Shown: in pieces, positions 52,175-64,000 of the stretch
Position numbering within the stretch: the first letter of the stretch is position 1
Layout of the letters: every line of letters starts with the position of its first letter
Assembly (NCBI GenBank): GCA_051362555.1
Contig: CM120649.1
Span: 19,110,567 to 19,174,566 of the forward strand
Length of the DNA stretch: 64,000 bases
Direction: 5' to 3'
Source: Lingula anatina
Taxonomy: Eukaryota > Animalia > Brachiopoda
Translations under genes and position numbers: made by a program
The notes under the pieces: generated by a model
Told to the model about the DNA's origin: nothing
Database searches by the model: none
The model's input: only the letters and a program-made list of their open reading frames with translations

Positions 52175-55100
52175 AAACTAGACGGTGTATTTAATTGTAC
52201 CGTTCCTTGCACGTCGTCCACACTAAACATTTGTGTATGTATGTAAATGCATTGCTGTTACGCTTTCCACTTTCACACTCTGCCCATTGAGGAAGCAATA
52301 ATGACCAATGGAATTCATATTTTAACCAACAAACAGGCAAAAATAAAACAAGTGCGTGCTGACAGGTTTAATTATGTCATTTGATTTCGTTTAGGCTTCT
52401 AGGGAACACAGAGGAATTAACGAGTTAGTATTGTTAAGATAGCTTGATGATTACTTATTTGAAAGGTTTTCGAAGACAAATATTGTTTCTGTTTAATGTT
52501 TCCATTGTCTTTCTTAAAGAATATGCTACATGTATGTGTTGGCAGCCAAACCCTATTTCTTTGTCCCGAACTACATGTAATGACCACATAGTCCATGGTT
52601 TACACATTATTTCACTTTTAAGCACAGTGCCTTCAAATGTATGGCACCCAGTATGAGATAGGATACGACAATGTTTCCATCTATTTCCATTTATTAAACC
52701 AATGATTATTACAGTTTTGTATCTGTATGAAAAACGTACTCAAGAAATATGTGGGTTTTGATGGTACAAAGATTTAAACTCTTAAACAAATTCAGAAAGA
52801 TACTGTCCCAGTACCTGGGTACTGTCCCAGCAAGTTTTTCGGGCCATAGTGACTTCTGAATGAGTTCACGAAAAACATTTAAGATAATTATGTTGTCGTG
52901 GGAAGTTGTCAAGGAATGGCAGAGAAAGGGAGTAGAAGGGGGGTAGTGCCATATTTCTGACAGATTTAAATTCTGTAAAAAATGTTTTTTTTTCTGTAGT
53001 CATAAAACAATGAATGATTTGTGGAGATTGACCACTGTACATTCACGTAGGAGAAAAATGAAGACGCGCTCGATTGTTTTACTGATTAACCGCCATTTAG
53101 TCCTTATTTAGAAACTAAGCGATGTTATTGCCTAAGAGTAAATATAAATAAAACAAGGAAATGGTCATTTAATGTTTCACGGCCCACGACTGGTAACTAA
53201 AGTGACACGCACATGGTTTACAGTATTCTTATCATGGCTGTAAGATGCCTGCGATGGTCACGTCAATGTGATTGATAGAGAAGGCTTGTCAGTAGAAGCA
53301 TTGTGTCCATGAAGGAAATAACAGCCCGGAATGTGGAGGGTACAATGTTGGTACAAGGTTGTGGTTTGAGGACATGGAGAACGTGACGTGACCCTTCCTT
53401 CAACACAGGAGAGTTTGTGACGCAAGTTGCTTCATTTGTTTTCTCGAAAACGAGAGGGAGGGGAGGACTTGTGTGATTATTCAGATATAAAAATATCTTG
53501 ATGACTAATATTGACATATCTTGCGTTCTTGCAGACTTTGAAACTTCTACACCATATAGTTCCGTTATAAAATTGACTCTCCAGCACCTTTGTCTCTTCT
53601 CTTTAGTTTTTTTTTTTTTTTTTTTCTTGCGTGTACTTGAAGATTTTATAGTGGTTGAGAAGAGGTGTAGAAGCATCTTCTTAGTTCTCTTCGCCTGGCA
53701 TGTCAAAATCATTTAGAGAAGCTTAAAGAGGTGTACAGCGTCCATTTTCCCTTTTGACCACTGTTAACTATCAACTACGTGCTTCAACCGCGTGATATCA
53801 AGGACGATATCCTAGTTTACAAGAGCTAGACCCCTATATTAGCCAAATAATCAGCACATCTGTCGTGTGCATGCAGACAGTGTTGTATATGGTTACTTGG
53901 TGCTTTCTGCCCCTGGTCTACATATAGATGGCGTGGTAACCAGCACTTCAAGAGGGACTCAACACATGACGTCACAGGTCTGTGTTCTCCACACTGTCAT
54001 TGATTTAACACATGCGTCCTGACACTTAAGATGTCGCCTTATTACACAATGTCATAACACAGACTGATGCGAAAAATTGCTCTCTTAATTTTGGTATATT
54101 AGATCTTAGCTATAACACAGGGAATGTGTAATAACTCAATTAAGAAAATTTAGAAGCGATGAGCAAAGTATTAATTTCTGGTACATGAACTCTGTGATGT
54201 GTCCAAGTGGGAGACCCTCATGTAGACTAACTTGAAAATTTGGTAATAGATTTTCAAATCTTTATTGATATCAGATATGATTGGATGACTAAAGAACACA
54301 TAATGGTATGACAATAACACATTTGAAACAAGCCGTGTTCAGATTCATCAGATGGATTATAATCTTTGGTAATAATTGTAATTATAGAGGCTATATAGTC
54401 ATATTGGTGTACAGTGGTCTGAGTGTCAATGAACCCAATAGCCCCTCGTTACATTTTACAATGAATGTATCCGCATTCGAACTTTTTCATAAGTTCATTT
54501 TGTGTTCTGGTAATATCTGATTACCTTATCCTCTTTCTTCTTTATCTTTGCAATTCCAGTTTTTTGTGTATTGCTGTAAGTCATGCTGCACTATATACTA
54601 ATGTCTTTATCAAAATATGTTATTTAGCCCATCATTATTAATGCATGCTTAACCGCCAGTACAATGGGGCGATACATTCAAGTGATTAATCATTGTACAT
54701 GTGTCTGTTATACAGTGTGTCAAAAGGCGCGACTGCATCTGAACAGAATATGAGAGTGAAATAAAAATTAAGGGCGAAAATTCGAAACGCTTCAAATATT
54801 TGAGCTGAGCTATCTTCGACAATTTTTTTTAATTAAACACCACGGGTTTTTGCCCTAGGTAATTTCGTGTTGATGTGTTGCATTAAATTGCTTTTATTTG
54901 TATTTTGTACGTTTTGAATGAAAGCTTGTAGTAAGGCAATTTTTCATCAACCCACATTGAGAAGTATCAAAGGAAAAAGTTGCATTCTGTTTTTGATAAC
55001 ATTCTTCAGAGCGTCGTGTTGACTGGTCAGTAACATAACATAGGCTGTATTGAAGTATCTTGTGCCAGTGTGTCTCCCTGTTAACCTTAGAGTAACAATT

Positions 55101-55469
55101 TTCATCGTCTGATAACAATTTAAGTATTTACCATAAACACTGATGAGAGAATATTGAAGAGCTTTCAATTTCACAGGCTTGTCGCAGGGAGGGGGTAAGC
55201 TGAGTCCTTTGCGACATAGGAACTCTATATTGCCTGAAGAGGCTCACCTTTCAGCAACCTTTATTTCAATTTGTTAGGATATAAGTCATAGCAACCATGA
55301 AAAATGAAAGACCTCATGTACAATACACAGTGTGAGGGGGTCGCAATTCACCATTGTTGAAATACCCATTTGAGTTTTCAGAACTTCTTATAAAATCCTT
55401 ACTGACGGGCAGAGTTTTAGGCGAAATATTCAAATTATTATGTTACAGTGTTTTTTATTGCTGCTCAGG

Positions 55470-55471
<2 letters not shown>

Positions 55472-55534
<63 letters not shown>
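55472..55534. repeat. (CT)n microsatellite
   Basis: Directly visible. Confidence 0.95.
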
Positions 55535-55537
<3 letters not shown>

Positions 55538-55668
55538 AATATATGCAGCATCATGGTTGACAAAGATCAGTAAAACAATGGTCCAGTGTCTCTCTCCCCC
55601 ATATTAGTGGCGACCTCTCTTTCCGTCTCTCTGTCTCTCTATCACACACACAAACACTCACACACACG

Positions 55669-55700
<32 letters not shown>

Positions 55701-55859
55701 TAGCGCCGCAGTGTACTTTTTAATAAAAATAATTATATCTATTTTATAGCACAAAGTGCATTTATAAATCTAAATGTAATCGCCAGAAAAACAATGAAGA
55801 TATTAAATTATATTATAAAATCATTGTCGAGAACTAAAATGAAATTAAAATTTGGATGA

Positions 55860-56030
55860 AGTCGTAAATTTAGAAAATACCATAATGTTGACAATGCCAA
55901 GGCAAGAAAAATCTTTGAACATGTCACAGATCAAGATCTGAGTTTTGGCAGCTTGAGCTTCTGGGCACTTCGCAGCTTATAAAACTGTTCAGTCCGTGAT
56001 GGTATAGGGTGATGGATTTTATGGTCACTA
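55860..56030 (+). repeat. Dispersed repeat copy, related to ~62105-62265
   Basis: Shared collinear motifs AGAAAAT...GTTGACAATGCC...AGTTTTG...ATAAAACTGTTC...CCGT...TTTATGG. Confidence 0.5.
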
Positions 56031-58840
56031 TTTTTAAAACGTATGTTTTTGTTTGTTTTTTTTTTTTTTTTTGGTAGCATTCTTTTACACAACTCAGTGA
56101 AGTTAGACTGTTGTGATGCGGTATTGATATTCGTAGTGCTCTGATATTAGTGTTTTAAGAACTCTTTCTTGAATGCTGTTGCCAAACTGGTTTCGTCATC
56201 TCCACGACTGTCTCTGCATTATAGATTGAGTTTGCTGTGCCACTGCTCTATATTCTGTTTCTGTCATGACAAAAAACAGCTGTTCGACCCGAACGTGTGA
56301 GTTCGTGTAACAAATACGTTTGGGTGAACTTGTTAAGCAAAAGGCAGCATGGTCTCTTCGATACTGTGGGTTAGTACACATTAAAAGCTCCAAGAAAATG
56401 TTGAACTTTTAAGACATTACAACGCATGTATAATATTGGTGAAGTTTTATAGCAGTACAACTATACAAATGGATGGTTAATGCTATAAATCAGTTTCAGT
56501 TGTACAAAGGGTTAATAGTTAAGGCCCATATACTGTTGCATAATCTGTCTGCACCACGTAACGCGTCTGTTAGACATCGGCAAAGACAGAGTACAAGACA
56601 GACAGGGTGTATTAAAATATGAAGTAAAATAAGACCGGAAGTGGTGGTTAATACAACACTTTGTTTATTACAGATATTTATATTACATACGATATTATAT
56701 ACGTATAGATAACCATATAACAAGAAAAAGTACAGAGGATGCAATTATATTTGTTAAAAAATCTTTTTTTTTGCGCCAAGTCTTATTCCCCCCCCCCCCC
56801 CCCAGAAAAAAATTGTTTTTTCTACTAAAGAAACAAAATCCGATCAAATACAGCACTTGGATTCAATATTTTGTTTCTAATTCAGTTATATACTGTAGTT
56901 GTCTAGTTAGACATCTGAACCACCCATGTTTTTCTTGCCATATTAGAAAAAAATATTGACACCAGGAAGTTGAGAGGTCGAATCATTTTAAAGACTATTT
57001 TTAGAACGATAAATAGCTTTGTAGCAAATTTATACATCAAAATGTGACCTTAGGACAATTATAAACGCGTATAGTACATTTGTAATTTTAATTCTTTTAA
57101 TCCTGTTTCAGATAATTGTTAAAGGTATCTTTCTGTTTCACCTATTTTTGTCCGTGATATCACTAGATCGCACTAATTAAGGCGGTACAAGTGCAAGTCA
57201 ATTTATAAGCCATGCATAGTTAGCATATCATAAAGGGGCTTTCGTTACCCTCCTCAATAAGCACCAAATTTCAATTAAGTTTTTTTATTTGATATGCCAT
57301 TTGAACCCGGATTCAGAACAACCATGCCTCTACTTCAGTATGTCAATTTTACCTTTTAAACAGACTCAAATATTTCAAAACACGCTCATTATCACGTAAT
57401 GCAATAGTTTTGACCTTGGACAACATCATATTTTAAAAATTGGCACATGTGCTGCCAAAAAGCACAACGCTGACTGCGTACACATTTAATGATCAAACAA
57501 TAACAGACATTTAAGGTGCACGTTTAAGAGAGTCTAAGTCTCAATGAGCACACTGTGCATATGCATGATTGAAAGTCATTAAGAACAGGCTCCAGTCTTG
57601 ATATATACCGAGGTATACTATACCCCATTGTATCCTGGACCAGGGAGAGAGGATGGAACACTAGTAGGTGGCTGGTACGTATATGGTGGCCTGAACAGCG
57701 CTTGAAAAATAGCGAAGAAATTTGTGAAAGACGGTGTTTCTTCTTACCACGTTCAGAAAGACCGAGAAAGCCAAGTCTACGCCATGGCGTCCATTGTCTT
57801 TCATTGTACCCCGTAGAGGTGACGCAAAATCGAGTCTGTGTTTTTTGGATTGCGTTTTCCCCATTTTCTTCATCTCCTGGGCGTTAGAAATATTTCTGTG
57901 CGCTAAGCACAGGTATTTATAAAATGGAAGAGAATCTTAATCTTATTATCTGGGACGGAGAAAGCAAAGGACACATATTTCAATCAGATTCTATGGCTGC
58001 TATCATTGGGAGTTTTTCTGAATTGGAGTTTCTGCTTTGTGCGTTAATCAGAAGGATTACATCTGCTAGTGATCACATTTTCAATTGAAAATGTTATTGG
58101 AATCGACTTACAAGTGGACGTAAAATCGATATATTTACTTAACAATATTCTTTATTATAGGCGATTGCTGTGAGATATAATATCAACATAAAGTATATTT
58201 GTCGTTGTAACCGGTGGAAGCATTTTTACCCCACAAAATGAAAGCATTTGTTGCATGACCATCGCGAACCTGTTTCAAGCTCGACAATGTCTTTTAAAAC
58301 ATATAGAATCCCTTTGTTGTCTTACAGACACTGTCAAAAGCTATACTGTGACAGTGCGAAAGTCGCATGACATATATTATGTCACTTGATATGACCTGAT
58401 ACGTCTGTCTACTGTTAAACGCACCAAGTAATGCAAATTGTTTTACTAATTTTCTTTATCGAGCAGTATTTTCTCCATGCCTCATATTTCAAAAAGAGAT
58501 GTGTCGATACCTAAGTAGCCTGACCAAAATAACTGAAAACAACAAAAACAAGGTTTTGCAAATATGTTGGGTGCCAGTCCTTGCGAACGCTTGGAAAGGC
58601 ATTGGTGCCACCTTCCTTCTCTTCAAAGTTTGGGGTTTGACATTATTTGATGCTTAGTATCAAATCCGTTCATTTTCTTTTATTATTATTATTATTATCA
58701 TTATTATGATTATTATTATTATTATCCGTTTATGCAAGAGTTAAAAATGACTTTCACATCTTTAAATAGTTACCATTTGATAAGAGTATTCTCTGTCATT
58801 ATTACTTTCAACTTACATGCATGTTTATAGGAAATGATAT

Positions 58841-58883
<43 letters not shown>

Positions 58884-58958
58884 TTCCATGAACCAATATT
58901 TTGTAATGACATTTATGTACCTTATATTATTTCATTTCAGTTCCCACGGATACCAAAA

Positions 58959-59016
58959 ATGCTACGATTCCTCCTAGCCAGCGCCTTGTGTGTGCTACTG
59001 TGCAGGCTGCAGGGAG
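58959..59016 (+). CDS. First coding exon (signal peptide MLRFLLASALCVLLCRLQG) of an unidentified secreted or membrane protein gene continuing beyond the window
   Basis: Acceptor ttcatttcag ends at 58940, AAAATG start context at 58959, hydrophobic 19-codon leader, consensus phase-1 donor GAG|GTAAGT after 59016. Confidence 0.6.
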
Positions 59017-62000
59017 GTAAGTCTGGCCCCGGTTTTATAGGAAAAAAACAACTTAAGTCAGGTACCCTGGCTAAGAACTTAATTACCAATGATACATGGT
59101 CAAATGCACACATTTTACTCTATCCAGAACAGCCTTACAGCACTCTCATGGTAATCACAGTCAACTTAACCAGAGAACTGTCTTAAGTTTTTTTTTCTTT
59201 TTTTTTTCTTTTTTTTTTTTTTTTTTTTTGTGTGTGTGAAACTAGGGCCTGGATTTTTTAACTGATTTTTAAAGATCAGGCTGCGGGGGCTGCTTTTCAA
59301 TATATATATTGGCTAAAAGCAAGATATGATTATTAAAAAAACTTCTTAAATTAATATTTAAAATATTGGCCACAGCTGCCTTAATGCATAACCAATCCTC
59401 ACAAAGTTTCGTTTATTTAAAAAAAACTTGTATAAATCAACACAAAGATACCTTTGATAAGTGACTGCCATAAGACCAGTACCTTGCCAGCGAGCATAAT
59501 TCTATTCTTTCCAAAAATAACGCGCGGTTAAATTGTTAATATTGACATTTCAACCATCGAAATTCCTTAGCTAGACTTGGTATAATATGTTTCTGTTCTA
59601 AACATGAGAGACGGGCATTTATGATAACAATCTATACAAACCCCATTGTTTGTTAGCAGGAGATAATGGTTGGTCTGTGTGTTGAACCCTACACCACGCT
59701 GTGATTGATTCTAAATGCACCCCGGTGACTCTACCATAAAACACAGGGGCTGTGAATGTCGCATTAAAAATATAAACAGTATAATTTCTGACAAAGTGAG
59801 CCCTTAGAATGAATATAATGACAACAAGTTAAAGTGCACTTTCTGAATGGCATCCTTTCTAAGCAAACGCTCGTTTCTCATTAATTCAATGACAACTATG
59901 GCATCCTAATACCCCCGTGCTCGATGACAGCACAGTAGCATTGGTCTCTATTGTCTTAAGGGTACAATGACACGGTCCCTGTCGAAATGAACGCTTATGA
60001 TAAATATAGTGACAACAATTGTAGTGGCACACACAGAGGTGTCTGTTTTATTAAGATTAAGCGACATCTTTGCTGCCAAAGTGGACGTATAAAACAAAGC
60101 CATGGACAGCAAATGGATTTTGTATATGTTCGTGTGTGTGGTAATGACAGAGCTCTGGTCATACAACCTGTCATATTAGGGCTCTAATGACAACATTCTT
60201 ATGGATGATTATATGCATCTTAAAAAAGGGCCTATTATAGGGGCATTCTTAATGAAACAAAGAGTATTAAGGCGTTCAACAACAGTGTTTAAGTAAAATT
60301 TCACAATAGCCTAACAGTAGTGCTTAGTTCTAAAAATATGTCAACATTTGAACAATTGCCCATACCTTCACTGCTGTAAAAATCAATTTGTTTTCCCTGA
60401 TTTCGATGGATATGTTAAATGCTGACAAACATGTTAACGTTGTCAAGTTTCCATCTAGTCACATAATTCAGCATTATATACAGTACCTGCTGCACTTGTA
60501 TGCGTTTTTCTATTGCAAGTTAAGGTAAATTTTTAAGTAATCCACTTTGATTTGAAAAATAACAGCCATTTGATAGAGACATGATAAAAACGTTCCACGT
60601 TTCGATAGCCGTGTACGCATGTATGTCATTCTTAGACATACAAGGCTATCGAAATGATCTCCTTAGGCAATGGTGTTTACGAAGGCATTGACCGCTCCTA
60701 ATTTGGGAAGACCCGAAGTTCTTAATGCATTTATTTTATTTTAAGATCTACCAAGGCTATGGATGGTTTACAATTAGAAAAGTATATCATCCAAGCAAAT
60801 AAAACATATGCAGTGTCCACCTGTTGTCAACGAACACATGCAATTGCCGAGTAAACACTATGGTTCTTGTATAGAGGTTCCATTGTAATTTCGGTTTAGA
60901 CTCTCTATTAGAAACGTGCCATTTAAATCTCAAGTTGCCATCTGATGTGTTGCTTACTTCACCAACACGACTTGACATTGTACGCTGTTCGAAAGCTGTG
61001 TCGATTATTGAAGCTGAACAGCAATGAAATACAACTTAAAATACCTCGATGTACATGTGGCTCTATACACGATGGTTTCTTCCATAGTGACACATTGTAT
61101 TTGTGCCTATAACCATGACAAGGTACAGACCGCATCAATATAATCATGCATGTACGTTCCCCATGGAATATTTTTTATCTGAATATCTTTGTTGTGATAT
61201 TGGGAAGTCGTTTGTGTGAGAGAAAGTGGATTAGGGATAATGCCCCGGGCTCAGTTCATCTTATGACAATTGTGAAATGAGAATTTTTCGTTGACATAAT
61301 CATATTTTTAAAAGAAGAAAGTACGAGAAAATTAACAAACAATTGCATAACCTTATTCATCGACCATTGCTTTGACCAATTTTAATTTTTAGAAAAAATA
61401 TTTATCTTATATAGTTTTATGGCTTTAGTCCAATAAATGTCTACTTTTCCACCTCAGATTTTTCTTTCGCATAAAATACTAGTTTTGAACAGATGGGTTT
61501 ATTTCAGCGTTTACATGATAACGCGTACATGCATTCAAAATGCAAGCAAATTTGAAAAGTAGCATTTCAAAATTAAAGTCAAAAACAGTTCCGTGTACAG
61601 GTCCCTAGGTATATTAAGCATATTGTTCTGGCTTGCCACATGACTCCAGTATCACTGTAATATATATATCACTGACTGTCATCCCGAGATGAGATAAAGA
61701 ACCTTTGTTTTGTCACTTCATGACGGGGACAGCTTAGAAAGGTCGTTTTTGTTCCTCTCAACACTGTGGTCATATAAACTAGTAGACCCTGGTAAAAGTC
61801 AGACAGAAACGAGTAATGCAGCTTGTAAAAGTGAAGAGTACAGTACGGTTCATTTTGGCATTTGATTTGAGACAATAGACAGCAGTGTCCTACAATGTAA
61901 ATATCCACTTGGATATTACGCTGTAATTTTCGCCAAGAATCGCTTTTTCATCCATATCCCTTTTTTATGATAATAATATGCATTAGCAATCAAAACTCCA

Positions 62001-62104
62001 ATGGTCCATTTATACTACTAAAATGGTAATTCTTAGAAAGACATTGGATGTCAAAATTTTTTCTTAAGTTCATTTTCAAGATTTGCATTGAAATTGAGAA
62101 TATT

Positions 62105-62265
62105 TGGTAAAATCAGAAAATTACTTAAAAGTTGACAATGCCCAAGGAAAAAGGCCCTCGAGTCTCTCATTGTTCTCAGTTTTGACACTCTAAATATTTG
62201 GGATCTTCGTTTCTAATAAAACTGTTCGCACCGTATTTGTAAAAATTGGTTACTTTATGGGCGCC
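62105..62265 (+). repeat. Dispersed repeat copy, related to ~55860-56030
   Basis: Same collinear motifs as the 55.9 kb copy. Confidence 0.5.
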
Positions 62266-64000
62266 AAAAAGATACATGTACGAATTTCTTCGATTGGTTA
62301 TTGAATGTTATCAAGCCACGTAAAAGAGAGTACAAAATTGCAATATTTTATAATAATTTCATTCCCATAGCATAATATCTTACAAAATACCATCGATGCA
62401 TCTAAACGAAAAAGAAGCAATTGCACTTGGCAAAATGGGCTATGATCTTTCCGTCAATTTTAAACCATTCATCAGTTTAATATTCCAAAGGTTAGCGACT
62501 CTGATCTGGAACTAGCGTCGGAACAATAGATCTCCAGACACTATAGACATAAGTAGGTGTTTGGTCAATGATAAAATCCAGTCTCTAATCTTGATATCGC
62601 GACATCAGAGACAGGTGGTTTGGATATCTTCTGACCATCGGTGAGAAGAGACATTGTCTAAATGGTTTGGTTCCGGTAGGTTTCACAATCGAATCTGAAC
62701 AGTTTAATGGGCAGCACCATTCACATGGTGCATTGCAATCTGATTTATTCTAAGTTGATAGTAGTAATTGTAGAATGCTAGACACATCAAAATATATCTT
62801 AAAATGAATCTCCAAGAGATGCATACCTGAAAAACCACAAAATTCATATTTCATTCGGGTGAATAAGATTCCCCAACGATAGAAATCTTTTTCGAGCCCT
62901 ATGTTGTCATTTAAAGCAATTTAGGCGTCTATGTGGTTTGTGGTTTAGTCTGAACTAAACTGTTTTTAATTGACGCAATAAACATTCACTCTTCGACATA
63001 TCGACAATGTAAAAGAAATATAATGATATAAAAAAAATAATAAAAATAATAATAATGTATATGGTAAGTCTTAAATCCAAATTTCTAAAGTAGATTTCAC
63101 CGTGCAACGTGAAATGACAATAAAAGGCTAGTAAAAAGAAAGTTTGAATTTAATCAGGAGAATAGTGTATAAATTAAAATGTTACTTCAACACTCTCTTA
63201 AGTAGTCGTTTATAAAAATTCTCCTTTTTTTTAATAATAAGTCTTGAGTTTTCTTTTAAAAGTAGCTGGAACGTCTATCCTACCTGTACCTAGTAGTAAA
63301 AGTGGAAGTAATTTCCGTTACCTTGGTGCAGCTACTTTAAAGAATTGGTCACCATATGGGTGTTAGGAGTAAATGGTCGACAGAGCGTAACTGGCGAGGG
63401 TCGGGATCACAACGTTGATACAAGGCCTAAGTTGTAAAAAAAATATTGCATTGAATATATGGGAGAAAAAAGTTTCACATTGAAAATTACGTTATTTATA
63501 TATCTACATTGTGCAAAAGAAAACAATCTATCTATGAGATTACATTTTTATGTGCCTGTAGCATGCTGCAAACCCTTAATAGCTGGCTAGTAATGGCTAG
63601 TATTATTATTTACAAAACATATCATTTGTTGGGTGCAATTACTGAAATCGGCCGCACGATCAAACTTGTACTTTCTCATTATTTTGGTCTAGGAACCAGA
63701 ATGCCTCGGCTGCACGTATACTTTAAGCCTTCAGCTGTCCATCCTCCACCCTCCAACCCTCACCTCGTGCATCTTACGCCGCCATGTTCCCGTATAAAAT
63801 AAGAAAATTAGGCCTATTTATGTGCCGCGAAAATGTCTTTCGAAAATAGGTCTTTTCTAACATTCGCTTGCGATTCGTGGGCCCATGTGTGTCTCAATGC
63901 CCCAGTGTGTGTTTTATTTGTGCATCAAGACACATAACTAGCTGAATGAATATTTCTTTTATTACATCCTGATGTAGGGCCGTTGATGGATGTTTTAAGA

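Noticed and set aside
53263-53712. 149 aa minus-strand ORF
   Set aside because: Runs through a poly-T tract (poly-Lys) and has no domain features; chance ORF.

Overview
AT-rich, intron-rich animal genomic DNA, probably a marine invertebrate; the taxon cannot be fixed from the sequence. Most ORFs in the supplied track are spurious, so real genes were rebuilt by hand from splice sites. Bases 1-33,000 hold a tandem + strand cluster of three type-I membrane receptor genes (A, B, C): signal peptide, six-bladed YWTD beta-propeller, one EGF, Thr-rich stalk, transmembrane helix and a Pro/Tyr-motif tail, with no LDLa repeats in the exons seen. Gene A has two propellers joined by an in-frame exon fusion and a tail cut short by stops. 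B and C have one propeller, a long mucin stalk and tails with ITIM-like SxYxxI motifs. The four propellers differ most in the loops right after the YWTD motifs and show mosaic similarity, which suggests a diversifying recognition-receptor family (inference). A complete 6-exon ZNHIT1 (SWC6/Vps71) gene at 35.6-39.0 kb contains a U12-type AT-AC intron. Bases 40,000-64,000 look like the 5' end of a large + strand gene: a possible non-coding first exon at ~43 kb and a signal-peptide exon at ~59 kb. Several MITEs, a probable solo LTR, tRNA-like SINE heads and many microsatellites are present. Coordinates were read by eye; no alignments or database searches were run.
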